Source of the DNA: Mobula hypostoma
Lineage: Eukaryota
DNA: 64,000 nt
Direction: 5' to 3'
Assembly (NCBI RefSeq): GCF_963921235.1
Contig: NC_086107.1
Span: 108,254,001-108,318,000, forward strand
This document shows positions 25,939 through 38,934 of this stretch, piece by piece. Position numbers and translations under genes: made by a program. Under the pieces are notes generated by a model. The model was not told the DNA's origin. It worked only from the letters and a program-made list of their open reading frames with translations, and made no database searches. Each line of letters opens with the position of its first letter. The stretch's first letter is position 1.

Positions 25939-26139
25939 AAATTCTAAAGATGTACAGTTAGGCTCAGTAAGTGGTGGGCATGCTATGTTGGTGTTGGAAG
26001 TGTGGCTTTCTTCATTGGTGTGTTCTGTTTGTTGTTATTAGTATTATTTTGCTGTGCTTGGTGGCCAACCAAAATTTGCGGCTGCATCCTTTGTTGTTAA
26101 TTCAACTGATGAATTTCACTGTATGTTTCGATGTATATA

Positions 26140-27100
26140 GAGTCATAGAAAAGTACAGCATAGAAACAGGCCCTTCGGCCCATCTAGTCTGTGCCAAAAC
26201 CATTTAGATTGCCTACTCCCATCAACCTGCACTGGGACCATGGCCGTCCATACCTCTCCCATCCATGTACCCATCCACACTTCCCTGGAATGTTGAACTT
26301 GAGCTCGCATGCACCACTTGCTCTGGCAGCTCATTCCACACTCTCACAACATGAGTGAAGAGGTTTCCCCTCATGTTCCCCTTAAGCTTTTTACCTTTCA
26401 CCTTAAGCCCAGGACCTCCAGTTGTAGTCCCACCCAAACTCAGGTGGAAAAAGCTTGCTTGTATTTACAGACATCCCACCCTGCAAAAACTCATTCCAGG
26501 GAGGTAGCACCACCATTTCAGGGAGGTAGCGGTCCCGCCCCCCGCAACCCCATATTCCCCCCACAGGTCGACCTCCAAGGGTGTATGTAATACTTTGTTT
26601 AGTGATTTTGTCTAACCTGTAAACCAAGTTGGGTATATGCAGAAAATGTGACATTAAAATATGTACATATATTATATATTATATTATCATGTTTATTCTA
26701 TTACAACCTTAAGCAAGTCTACAGGGAGTTTGGCATCATCACGTAGGACATCAATAGAGTAGCTCCTTATCAGCTAGCCAGCTAGTTTAAATAACGTTAG
26801 CTACGCTAATGAACGAATGACACCTGTTAAACTCACCTCAACATGTCGTTTATAGTCTTAACCCACCATGGGCAATAGAAAAGTCACTGTTGCAAACAGT
26901 GCAGCGAGCAACACTGTCATTATTTTTGAGGTCGACTGTAAAGCCCGCCCACAGAGAAAACTGAGAGGTCTACTTAGCACGAAGAGAGACCAATCAGGAT
27001 GCTCGCTGTCGCTCTCCCTCTCAAAACGATCGATTTGCAGGACCCTATCCATACCCCTCAGAATTTTGTATATCTTTATCAAATCTCCTGTCAATGTGTG
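26140..27100 (-). mobile_element. CR1 LINE 3' fragment split by an insertion at about 26470-27040
   Basis: GDLIKIYKILRGMDR (27041-27100) continues as TTGGPGLKVKGKKLKGNMRGNLFT on the other side of the insert. Confidence 0.7.
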
Positions 27101-28959
27101 AGATTTAAAAAAAAATCTTAACCTGAGTCCTAGTACAGTGGCTAGCACAACGCTTTACAGCATCGGCGACCCCGGGTTCAATTCCCACTGCTGCCTGTAA
27201 GGCGCTTGTACGTTCTCCCCGTGACTGCGTGGGTTTCCTCCGGGTTCTCCGGTTTCCTCCCGCAGTCCAAAGACATGCAGATTGGTAGGTTAATTGGTCA
27301 TTGTAAATTGTCCTGTGATTAAGTTAGGATTGAATCGGGGGATTTCTGGGCAGTGTGGCTTGAAGGCCCAAAAGGACCTTTCTGCACTGGATTATAACGT
27401 GTAGAGTGTAACGTGGAGACACGCGATGTATGAAAAACAGAGACAGAACGTCGGTTAAAAGCGACAAGAGTTGTTGTTCAGAAGGATGAAGGTGTCCTTG
27501 TAGAAACACATTCAGTTCGCATGCAGGGCCACAGCAAGTAATTAGAAAAGCAAATGGAACGTTGGATTTTATTGCAAGAAGAGTGGATTATAACAGTAGG
27601 AAAGTGCTGCTGCATAACCAGGCTTTTGGTGAGCTGATTCAATGTTCATTGCTTGTTGTTTTTCTCTCTTCAATTAAACAGGAATGTCCTTGCCCTTGAC
27701 AGAGTTTAGGGAGGGTTGATTTGGTTACTTTCTAGGAGGGGTGCTGTCTCAGGAGGTTAAGCAAGTTGTGCCAATACCCAAATTCTGGAAGAACCAGAAG
27801 AATGAAGGGGGTTAGTAAGCTGAAAGGATGGTTTCCCCATGTGAGAGAATCGACACGAAGGGAGACACTTTCAGAGGCAGAGTGAAAGGAGGAATTTCTT
27901 CCCCAAGGCTTGTGGATGTTTGTTCATGGTTTCTTAAGAACATAACAAACAGGAGTCAGAATCAGGGTTAATATTTACTTATTTAGCAATACAGTGTGCA
28001 GTAGTCCCTTCTGGGCCTTTGGGCTCAGCAACCACCCTGACAAACCTCATTAAGCCTAGCCTCATCATGGGACAATTCACAAAGACAATTTAACCTACCC
28101 GCTACGTCTTTGGACTGTGGGAGGAAACTGGAGCACAAGGGGAAAACCCATGTATTTTACAGGGATGACTCCTTACAGAATGGCACCGGAATTGAACTCT
28201 GAACTCTGGAACGCCCTAAGCTCTAATAACGTTGCATTGCCTACACTACTTTGGGGTAGTGTGTGTATGTGTGTGTATATATATATCACTTAACGTTTGT
28301 CTTGAAATTTGCTGTTTTGTAGTGCAGGACATAACATATAGAAAATATACTACAAATTAAAATAATATATAAATAATTGGTACAAAGAAGAGAGCAAAAA
28401 TAGTGAGGTAGTGGCGTGGGTTCATGGACTGTTCAGAAATCTGATGGCAGAGGGGTAGAAGCTGTTCCTAAAATGCTGAGTGTGAGTCTTCGGGTTCCTG
28501 TACCTTTTCCCTGATGATAGACCCTTCGTAATGGATGCCATCTTTTTGTGACATTTCCTTTTGAAGATACCCTTAATGCTGGGGTGGCTAGGTCTCCATG
28601 TCCAGTCTTTCTAGGCCTTTCAATATTTGAAAGATTTTAATGAGATTCTCCCCCCGCCATTGTCCTCTAAATCTCCTCTGCTGATGATCCTAATTTACCT
28701 CCTGACTCGAGAATGATTCTCTGCACATTACTGGTGGAGAATCTCCCTACAGATCTATGGGACAAGATGTTCTCTGCTCAAGGGAGATCAGCACAATGTG
28801 TTTCATGGAAAAAACAAATCGAACTGCATCAGTGTGATTCACAAGCAGACCTGAGAATCATGGCAACGCTTTTAAAGCAAGCCAGGAACTCCACTGGTGA
28901 ATGCTCGCGATGGCACTAAATAATCTGCTGGGAACTTGTTTTGGATTTAACCAAACTAT

Positions 28960-29345
28960 GATACGAATCCAATTGAATATTGGAAGGCCTAGATAGAGTT
29001 AGTGTAGTGCAAATGTTTCCTATAGTGGGGGAATCAAGGACTAGAGGACACAACCATGGAATAGAAAGACTTCCCTTCAGAACAGAAATGAGGAGGAATT
29101 TCGTTATCCAGAGGGTAGTGAATCTGTGGAATTTATTGTCACAGGAGGCTGTGGTGGTTAAGTCACTGGATGTATTTGAAGTGGAGGTTGATGGGTCCTT
29201 GATTAGTAAGAGCGCCAAAGGTTATGGGATGAAGGCAGGAGAATGGGGATGAGAGAGATAATAAAACAGCCACGATGGAATGGCTGAGCCACCTCAATGG
29301 GCCAAACAGCCAAATTCTGCTCCTACGTCTTACGGTCTTATCGTC
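28960..29345 (+). mobile_element. CR1 LINE 3' fragment
   Basis: GLDRV...GESRTRGH...FRTEMRRNFVIQRVVNLWN; (GTCTTA)-type tail. Confidence 0.8.
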
Positions 29346-29469
29346 TTAACAGGAAGCTGCCTGGATTAGAGAACATACCTTCTCTGTGGAAAGACAGAAG
29401 ATCTGAACTGCATGTTAATGCTTTCTCAATGAGGAGAAAGCCTTGCCTACAAATCGGAGGTTGTGCATT

Positions 29470-29930
29470 GGAGCCCCACTCCAGAACATAAAGATCTGGG
29501 TGAATGTTCTCAGTGTGATACTGTAGGGAGCAGTCTTTTGGATCAGATGTTAAGCCAGACCACTGCCCACTCCCTCACGCAGATCAAAACAGTTTAGTCA
29601 TACCAGGGGGTCCTCACCAATAGTTATTCATGAAAAAGTAAATTATAAGAGTCCTGAAGAAGGGTCTTGGCTCAAAACGTCAACTGTTTACTCTTTTCCA
29701 TAGATGCTTCCTGGCCTGCTGAATTCCTCCAGCATTATGTGAGTATCACTTTGATTTCCAGCATCTGCAGATTTTCTCGTTCATTATTATCGAGTATTTT
29801 GAGTAAAGTCCACAGATAATCTCAATATAGCTGTGTGAAAATTGATTGCTGCCTTTCCAATTTTATAATAGTTTCTACGTTTCAAAAAACGTATTTGGCT
29901 CTGAAGAACTTTGGGGAATCTGACGGGTAG
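29470..29930 (+). mobile_element. Ancient Deu-type SINE remnant (AmnSINE1/SacSINE1-like), interrupted by a hammerhead-bearing Penelope end (29650-29780)
   Basis: Degenerate GTCTTTTGGATCAGATGTTAAGCC Deu-like motif and 3' TTCAAAA..TATTTGGCTCTGAAGAACTTTGGG; recognised from memory of the consensus. Confidence 0.5.
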
Positions 29931-30854
29931 GATTTTCTTGGTGATTTGCACTCAATCCCATTTCCAAATCTCAATAACAAACACATAAACAACCCAGTCA
30001 CAAAACAAATACCGACAGAGGTAGACATTATGGTCCATCAAGCCAGTTGCACCATTCATCAAGGTCATGAAGATCCAATCAAGGCTTCTGTTCCACCTTC
30101 CTGACTATTCCCTATTACACCTGACTCCCCTATAGGCCAATAACCGATACTTTTTTGGCTTGATTGTCTTCATTAACTTTGCCTCCACAGCTCTCCAGAG
30201 TAAAGAATTCCAACGATTAATGACCCACTGAGGGAAGAAATTCCTCCTCGTCTTTGTCTTAGAAGATTGATGTCTTATACAGCAGCTATGCTCCCCTGAT
30301 ATTGCACCGCTCTGAGGCAAAGCATCCTTACTTCTATCTTATTGACTTCAAAATCATCCAAGTTTCATTCTTCCAATACAATTGAACACAGGTCCAATCT
30401 GCTTACACTTGCCGCTTGGAACAATTCTTGGTAAATCGGTTTATTACAGTCACATACACTGAGATACATTGAAAAACATGGTTTTGCATGCCGTCCATTC
30501 AGATCATTTCATTACATCGAGGTGATACAAGGGAGGACAATAACAGAATGTGGGATGTAGTGTTACAGTTACGGACAGGTGCAGGTAATCAATAAGCTGA
30601 AAGGTCACAATGTGGAAGATAAAGATTAGCTTTACTTGTTGCAACATTGAAACATACAGCAAAATATATTGTTTGTGTCAATGACCAACACACAGTCTGA
30701 GATGTGCAGACCAGAAGTCTCATCATACTTAAGGCACCACCATAACATGTCCTTTACTAACCCTAACCTGTACATCTTTGGAGAAAACCAAAAAACCTGG
30801 ACGAAGCCCACATGGTCACAGGGGAAGAACATACAAACTCTTTGCTAACATGTC

Positions 30855-31405
30855 CGACATGACAGTCCATGGCCTCCTCTACTGCCGTGATGAGGCCACA
30901 CTCAGGTTGGAGGAGCATCGCTTTATATTCCATCTGGGTAGCCTCCAACCTGATGGCATGAACTCGAACTTCTGGTAATTGCTCCCCACCCTCTCTTTCA
31001 CCATTCCCCATTCCTGTTTCCCTCTCTCACCTTACCTGCGCATCACCTCCCTCTAGTTCTCCTCACCCTACCCTTTCTTCCATGGTCTCTGTCCTCTCCT
31101 ATCAGATTCCCCCTTCTCCAGCCCTTTATCTCTTTCACCAAAGGACTTCCCAACTCTTTACTTCACCCCTCCCCCTCTGCTAGCTTCACCTTTCACCTAC
31201 AGCCTTGTACTTCTGCTCCTCTCCCCCCCCCCCTTCCTACTGTCACTTCCTATCTATTTTTTCCAGACCCGATGAAGGGTCTCAGACCGAAACATCAACT
31301 GTTCACTCTTTTCCATAGATGCCACCTGGCCTGCTGAGCTCCTGCAGCGTATTTTGTGTGTATCACTTTGATTTCCAACATCTGCAGAATTTCTCTTGTT
31401 TGTCA
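30855..31405 (+). mobile_element. Penelope-like (family A) 3' fragment: GIY-YIG C-terminus, UTR and hammerhead remnant
   Basis: VHGLLYCRDEATLRLEEHRFIFHLGSLQPDGMNSNFW*, then CCGATGAAGGGTCTCAGACCGAAACATCAACTG near 31268. Confidence 0.75.
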
Positions 31406-31759
31406 CCTTACTTCCAGCAGTGGGAAATGAACCCTGATCATACAGCCAACATAGTAATAGTGCTGGGCTACCATGCCACTTTGTTGTGAAGTCAAGTGTC
31501 CATCTTAATGTATGAGTGATCTGTTTAATAGATGGATCACTTTTCGCCATCTTTGAAGTTTCTTCCTCCAGGTAGTTAATCTGATCAATCATTCTAGTTA
31601 GCCCACCCCACTCAGTCACTACATTGCACAGTAAACACATTAAACTATTTTTTATAATGCTGTTAACATTGAGAATACATGCCTGCATTTAAGTATTTAT
31701 GCACGTTATTCCATATCCATGCTTTAACCTGTAAGGCAACGCAGACAAAATGTCCAAGA

Positions 31760-32628
31760 AACTCAGCAGCATGGTGCGAAGACAATAAACTATCCCTCAA
31801 CGTCAGCAAGACGAAGGAATTGGTTGTTGACTTCAGAAGGAGTAGAGGACCGCACGGCCCAATTTACATCGGTGGTGCGCAAGTGGAACAGGTCAAAAGC
31901 TTTAAGTTCCTCGGGGTCAATATCATAAATGACCTGACTTGGTCCAATCAAGCAGAGTTCACTGCCAAGAAGGCCCACCAGCGCCTTTACTTCCTGAGAA
32001 AACTAAAGAAATTTGGCCTGTCCCCTAAAACCCTCACTAATTTTTATAGATGCACCGTAGAAAGCATTCTTCTCGGGTGCATCACAACCTTGTATGGAAG
32101 TTGTCCTGTCTAAGACCGGAAGAAGCTGCAGGAGATCGTGAACACGGCGCAGCACATCACACAAACCAATCTTCCGTCCGTAGACTCACTTTACACCACA
32201 CACTGTCGGAGCAGTGCTGCCAGGATAATCAAGGACAAGACCCACCCAGCCAATACACTTTTCGTCCCTCTTCCCTCCGGGTGAAGGTTCAGGAGCTTGA
32301 AGACTCTTATGGCCAGATTTGGGAACAGCTTCTTTCCAACTGTGATAAGACTGCTGAACGGATCCTGACCCGGATCTGGGCCGTACCCTCCAAATATCCA
32401 GACCTGCCTCTCGGTTTTTTTGCACTACCTTATTTTCCATTTTTCTATTTTCTATTTATGATTTATAATTTAAATTTTTAATATTTACTCATTTTAACTA
32501 TCTTTAATATTTTTAATATTTAATATTTGTAATCTATGGGTGTGAAGCGCAGAATCAAATATCGCTGTGATGATTGTACGTTCTAGTACCAATTGTTTGG
32601 CGACAATAAAGTATAAAGTATAAAGTAT
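31760..32628 (+). mobile_element. Rex1/L2-type LINE, 5'-truncated, young copy
   Basis: WCEDNKLSLNVSKTKELVVDFRR...FKFLGV...KKAHQRLYFLRKLKK; (AAAGTAT)n tail; near-identical to 62870-63395. Confidence 0.85.
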
Positions 32629-33343
32629 CTATGGAAATGAATAGATAGACAATATTTCGGGCCGAGACCCTACTTCAGGACTGAGAATGTAGGGGAAAGA
32701 TACCAGAATAAAAAGATGGGAGTGGGGGAGATGGAGCTGAAGGAGGCTAGCAGGAAGGTGATGGGTGAAGCCAGGTGGGTGGGAAAGGTCAAGGGCTGGA
32801 GAAGAAGGAGACCAATAGGAGAGGAGAGTAGACTACAGGAGAAGGGGACCCAGGGGAAGTGATAAGCTAAGTTTTATAGAATTCTTTTCTCTTATAATTA
32901 GAACACAAACACAGAACATGTGCTGAACCAAGTTAAATTAACAAATTTCACAACACATGCCGGTGATAATAAACCTGATTCTGATTCTAATCAGTGGTTG
33001 AATATTGTTGTTTTTTTATTGCATGCTGCACCCTGACAAGCACACCGCAGCAAATTCCTAATACACGTAAATGTATATGGCGAATAAAGTTGATTCTTGG
33101 TAACAGGGGTGTTATCCTCACCCCTTCCATCACAGGAGTCAACTTTGTGATTTTGCCTCCAATCCAAACGTCCCTCTCACTACATGAGGAGACCAAATGC
33201 TTGCAGTGCTAGCTGCCCTCCTGGTGCAGCCACACTAACACTCTATGCAGTTACCGATAGGTAGATAAATAGATACTTTATTGATTGCAAAGGAAATTAC
33301 AGTGCACAGTACTTTTAGCGCTTTCCACTTTCACCCAACACTG

Positions 33344-33906
33344 CACTCAGTGGCCACTTTATTAGGTTCACCTGTTCACCTGCTCATTAATGCAAATATC
33401 TAATCAGCCAATCATGCGGCAACAACTCAATTGATAAAAGCATGCAGACATGGTCAAGAGGTTCAGGTTTTGTCCAGACCAAACATCAGACTGGAGAAGG
33501 AATGTGATCTAAGTGACTTTGACAGTGGAATGTTTGCTGGTGCCAGACGGGGTGGTTTGAGTATCTCAGAAACTGCTGATCTCCTGGGATTCTCCCCAAC
33601 AGCAGTCTCCAGAGTTTACAGAGAATGATGCGAGAAAAAACATCCAGTGAGCGGCAGTTCTGTGGGGGAAAACGCCTTGTTAATGAGAGGTCAGGGGAGA
33701 ATGGCCAGACTGGTTCAAGCTGACAAGAAGGTGACAGTAACTCAAATAACCACACGTTACAACAGTGGTGTGCAGAAGAGCGTCCCTGAATGCACAGCAT
33801 GTTGAACCTTGAAGCGGATGGGCTACTGGAGCAGAAAACGATGGACATTCACTCAGTAGTCAGTTTATTAGATATAGGAGGTAACTAATAAAGTGGCCAC
33901 TGAATG
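33344..33906 (+). mobile_element. Tc1-like non-autonomous DNA transposon, copy 2
   Basis: Both TIRs present, with an HTH remnant. Confidence 0.85.
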
Positions 33907-34345
33907 TATATGGCCTTTGCAACAAGGTCCCTACATCCTACTTGCCTTCCTAATTACTTGGCTATATGTGCGTGCTAACTTTCCATGTATCACTCACAAG
34001 GACACCCACACCCATCTGTACAGGAGCGTTCCACAGGTTCTGTCTGGTTAATGAACATGGTGATTCTGTAATCTGCCCAGCACATTTCCGCACAATCTTC
34101 CCCATTATCTCCCATTCAACACATCCCACACATGAGTTATCACCGTGCTTGCCTGAACCTTGCAAATGCCTGTTTCCACAGACTTTTCCGCAGGTGTCAC
34201 TGCTCCTGAACAGAACTTACAGGCTCATTTCTAATTCCTAGCTTTCACACTAGCTATGACAGCTGTCCCTGCTTGGTAACTTCGGCAATTCGCTTCAATT
34301 CTTAATTAAGTGGCAGTCTAGGAGGAAGTATCGTTAAAGTCGTAC

Positions 34346-34701
34346 CTGCTCATGGTGCTCGATGCCCATACTAATGGTGTTGATCAGTATCGCTATCATG
34401 ATTCCTCGGTTGAAGTACTTGCTCTCCACGATGCTGGTCAGTTTACATCGCACCTCTGTCCACAAGCCGACGCACCAGTTCACCTCGCTTTCCTTCGCTC
34501 CTCTGCCGCTGGTCTTCAGCTCCCTGTCTTTTGCTGCCTCTCCTGCCTCGGTCCCTGCTAGATCAACGGCATTGGTAGCCGGATTCCGCTTGGCGCAGTT
34601 GCATTGCAGGCAGGGGTCGGGGTCCGAGGTCAGGGTCAGCGCGATCGGCTGGACAATAGCGCACGGCGTGTATTCCAAACCCTCTGGCATGTGGTAATGC
34701 C
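34346..34701 (-). CDS. CACNA1I: CACNA1I coding exon, 356 nt, distal I-II loop and IIS1 (about human exon 10)
   Basis: Acceptor tctctcttttccatctcag|GG; (G)HYHMPEGLEYTPCAIVQPIALTLTSDPDPCLQC...IVESKYFNRGIMIAILINTISMGIEHHEQ; donor CAG|gtacga, phase 0. Confidence 0.94.
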
Positions 34702-36494
34702 CTGAGATGGAAAAGAGAGAACAGTTTAAAGTACATTTATTATCAAAGTATGTATACCTTATACAACCTCGAGTTCAATTTCTTGCAGGCAGCCACAAAA
34801 CAAAGAAGCACGGTAAAACCCCGCACAACAAAGATGGTCAAGTACCTAAAGTGTGAATAAAAAAGAACAGACCGTGCAAACAATAAAAACAGTAAGCACA
34901 TCATACACAGAACGTGAAAGGCAGAGTCCCCCGAAAGGGAGTCCACAGCCACGGTCAGGGCCAGTTCAGCTCCGTGGTAAGTGCAGCCGTCCAGGAGCCC
35001 GTTGGCTACAGGCCACAGCTGCAGAGTCTGTTCAACGTGGAGGAGTGAGCTGGACACCGGTAAGTCCGCCGCCCTCGACCTCAGTGCCTTAATCTTTTAA
35101 ATCTGCTTCGGCGCTGAAATCGGTTGTACACCGGTCCGTTTTTCGCTCTGGGGCCCAGGTGTGAGGAAGAGCGAGCAACAAAGGATAGTCAAAATAGAAC
35201 CATGTCAACTGATTCACTTGGAAGGTCGAACTCGAAGTCATAACACAGAACGTTAATGGCAAGAACTTTGGAAGTGTGGAGGAACAGAGGGATCTTGGAT
35301 ACATATCCCTCAAAGATCCCGCGCAAGTTGATGGGGCTTTTAAGGCGGCATATGGTGTATTGGGTTTCATCTGTCAGGGGACTAAGTTCAAGGCCAAGAG
35401 GTTATGTTGCACCTCTGTAAAACCCTGGTTAGACAACGCCTGCAATATTCAGTTCAGTTCTGGTTGCCTCATTAAAGGAAATGTAGACTCAGAGTCATAG
35501 AAATGTACAGCACAGAAACAGGCCCTTTGGCCCATCTAGTCCATGCTGAACCATTTAAACTGTCCACTCCCATTGACCTGCAACTGGGGCCCCAGCCCTC
35601 CATACCCGCTACCATCCATGTACCTGTCCAAACTTCTCCAAAACGATGAAGTCGAGCTCGCATGCACCACTTGCGCTGGCAGCTTAGAAACATAGAAAAC
35701 CTACAGCACAATACAGGCCCTTCGGCCCACAAAGCTGTGCCGAACATGTCCTTACCTTAGAAATTACCTTGGGTTACCCATAGCCCTCTATTTTTCTGAG
35801 CTCCATATACCTGTCCAGGAGTCTCTTAAAAGACCCTATCATATCTGCCTCCACCACCGCCACTGGCAGCCCATTCCACGCACCTTGTTTAATTTTGGAA
35901 ATGTAGACATAGGAGTCAGCCATTCAAACCTCTCACCTCATCTTAATCACAGTGTATGTTGATTCCCCTTACCTTCCTTGGTTTCATTATCATGACTTTT
36001 TATCCAACAAAACCTACAGTCTCAGTTTTGAAATGAATTGACCTCCAGCTACAAGAGCTTTCTGGAGTGAACCAATCTGAGATTCCTACCATCTGATGAG
36101 TTTCCTAACTTCACTCCTGAACCAAGGTGAGATCTAGTTATAAGTCTATGTGTCCTTGTTCAGGGCTGTTCCAAAAGAGTAAATAGTCTCCCTTTATCAA
36201 CTCTAGAGAAAAGGTTTTTATTCACAAAGGCCTCGGGGAACATGTACTTGTTCCACACTCTCACGACCTTCTGAGTGAAAACGCTTCCCCTCGTGTTCCC
36301 ATTAAACTTTTCACCTTTCACCCTTTAACCCATGACCTCTGGTTGTAGTCCTACCCAATATCTGTGGAAAAAGCCTATTTGCACTTTCCCCTCATAATTT
36401 TGCATACCTCTATCAAATCTCCCCTCAATCTTCTACATTCCTACCCTACTCAATCTTTCCTTATAAATTAGATCCTCTAGATCTGGCAATAAGC

Positions 36495-36940
36495 TTTAGA
36501 TAGGGTGCAGAGGAGATTTAATAGGATGCTGCCCAGATTAGAGAACATGCCTTATGAGGATAGGTTGAGCGAGCTAAGGTGAACAAGGATGAGAGGTGAC
36601 TTGATAGAGTTGTACAAGATGATAAGAGGCATAGATCAAGTGGACAGCCTGTGTCTTTTCTCCCAGGGCAAATTGGCTAATATGAAGGGGCATGATTTTA
36701 AGCTGATTGGAGGAAAATATAGGTGCGATAACAGAGGTAAGTTTTTTTACACAGAGAGTGCCAGGGGTGGTGGTAGAGGCAGATACACTAGGAACATTTA
36801 AGACACTCTTAGATAGGTATTTGGATGATAGAAAATAGTGAGTTATGTAGGAAGGAAGGGTTAGATTGATCCTAGAGTAGGCTAAAAGGTTGGAACAACA
36901 TTGTGGCCTGTACTGCGCTGTACTGTGTTCTATGTTCCAT
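36495..36940 (+). mobile_element. CR1 LINE 3' fragment
   Basis: MRGDLIELYKMIRGID...GHDFKLIGGK; TGTTCTA tail. Confidence 0.75.
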
Positions 36941-37394
36941 AATAACCTTGGTGGACAAAATAGATTTACCAGAAGAATGTCTGGATCCCAGCAATGCTGA
37001 AGTTATGAATGTTTACACAAACAGGCTATTTTCCTTAGTACTGAGGTTAATTGATAATTGGTTTATTGTCGCCAGACATACTGAGATGCAGTGAAAAGCT
37101 TTGCTCTCCACGCCATCCACACACATCATGACACACATAATTACATCGAGTTAGTACAAAAGGAAAATAATAAAATACTGAATCGTGGCTAACAGTTACA
37201 GAAAAAGTACAGTGCTGACAGAATACAAAGTGCAAGTGTCATGACAAGGTAGGTTGGGAGATCAAGAGTTCATCTTTATCGTACAGAAGTACAGGAGATC
37301 CTTTCAATATAGCAGGATAGAAGCTGTCTTTTAGTGGTGGTACACATCTGCTCGATGGAAGGGTAGGGAAGAGAGTGACCAGGGTGATCTTTTC

Positions 37395-37645
37395 AGGTGC
37401 TGATGGTTGTAGGTGGTGATGATTGTAGGTGCTGATGTTCGCAGATGGTTTTGGCTGGATGAGCTGATGGTTGTAGATGCTGATTGTCAGTGGAGATGAT
37501 CAAACCTGCTAATGTTTGTAGGTGGTGATGTTTATAGGTGCTGATGGTTGTAGGTGCTTATATTTGTCGACATCGATGATTATAGGTGCCTACGGTTGTA
37601 GGTGCTGATGGTTGTAGATGCATATGGCTATAGATTTTGATGGTC
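37395..37645. repeat. Degenerate tandem repeat of about 16 bp (GGTGCTGATGGTTGTA)
   Basis: Visible directly in the sequence. Confidence 0.75.
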
Positions 37646-38934
37646 TTAGCAAAGTTCATGTGCAAAGGCAGGGATGGAATTAGGTCACATATCAAACAAG
37701 ATCTCTTTGAATAGTCTTATAGTCTTAAGGGGCTGAATGGTCTTTCCCTGAGACAATGCCACTAAAGCAGAGGAAGACATAAGGCCAGCCTGACCTAGTT
37801 ATAGATTACAGCTCTGACTCAGTCACAGAGGCAGAGTCATACAGGTCAAAAACAAATCCTTCAGCACAGCCAATGAAGGATTTATGGGAAAAATAAATAA
37901 CAAGTTTTGCACGGCCAACCGAGATACCCATTCAAGTTTGTCCCATTTGCTGGTGTTTGGCCTTCTAACTTTCTAAACCTTTCCGATCCATATACGTCTC
38001 CAACTGTCTTTTAAGAGTCATTATTGTTCCTGTAGCAGCTCGTTTCCTTTACAGGAAGAAGTTGCCCCTCAGATTCATATTTTATCTTTCTTCTCTCATC
38101 TTATGCCCTCCAATTCTTGATTCCACAGCCCTGGGAAAAAGACTGAGTGCATTTACCCTAACTATGCCCCTCCCAATAGTACACAACCCTGTAAGGTCAA
38201 AGGATTCAGTCAATAGAAACATCCTCATTTCCCTTTCCTTCAGAAGAAGTGAAATTCTCTAGTGCAATTACAATCTCAGGACATCCTAATATGTATCGCA
38301 GCCAATGGAGGACTTATGGCAAAAACAGAGATCACGTTTTGCACAGAGAGACCCCACACCCCACGTGGAGGATGGCTTGGTGATGAACATTGGCCTGGAT
38401 GGTCCCCAATGGGAATGGGTGGGATATGTGGGGCACATATGTGAGGAGTTAGGGTCTAACACAGTGATTCCTAGCTGGGGTTCATGAGCTTCTTGTTTAA
38501 TGGTAGGAGTCTCTGGCATACAAAAGGTTGGGAACCCCTGGGCTAACAGCTTAGTGCAGAGGTAGCACCTCCAACACTTGGTGATGGAGTCTGGTATCTA
38601 TTAGAATCAGCATTCATCACCGAGGACAATTCGTGAAGCCATATTGATGGTTTCAATCGGTGCATCAATTTATGCATATTAGTGACTATTCCTATCGCGA
38701 AATTTAATACAAAATTCTTCTCATACGTAAGCAAACCACCAGTTGTTTAAGACTTGAATCAACAGCAGTTCCTGTCGTTACTGACAGCAATTTTATTAAT
38801 GCTCATGCACATCTGTCTGCACGTAACAATTTCACTCGCAATAATCTTCCACTGCACTTTGGAAATATTTTCTGAACTCCTCTGCTCTGTTCAGTAAGTG
38901 TGATCCTTAAACACCAGTTATCCATCAGCAAATT

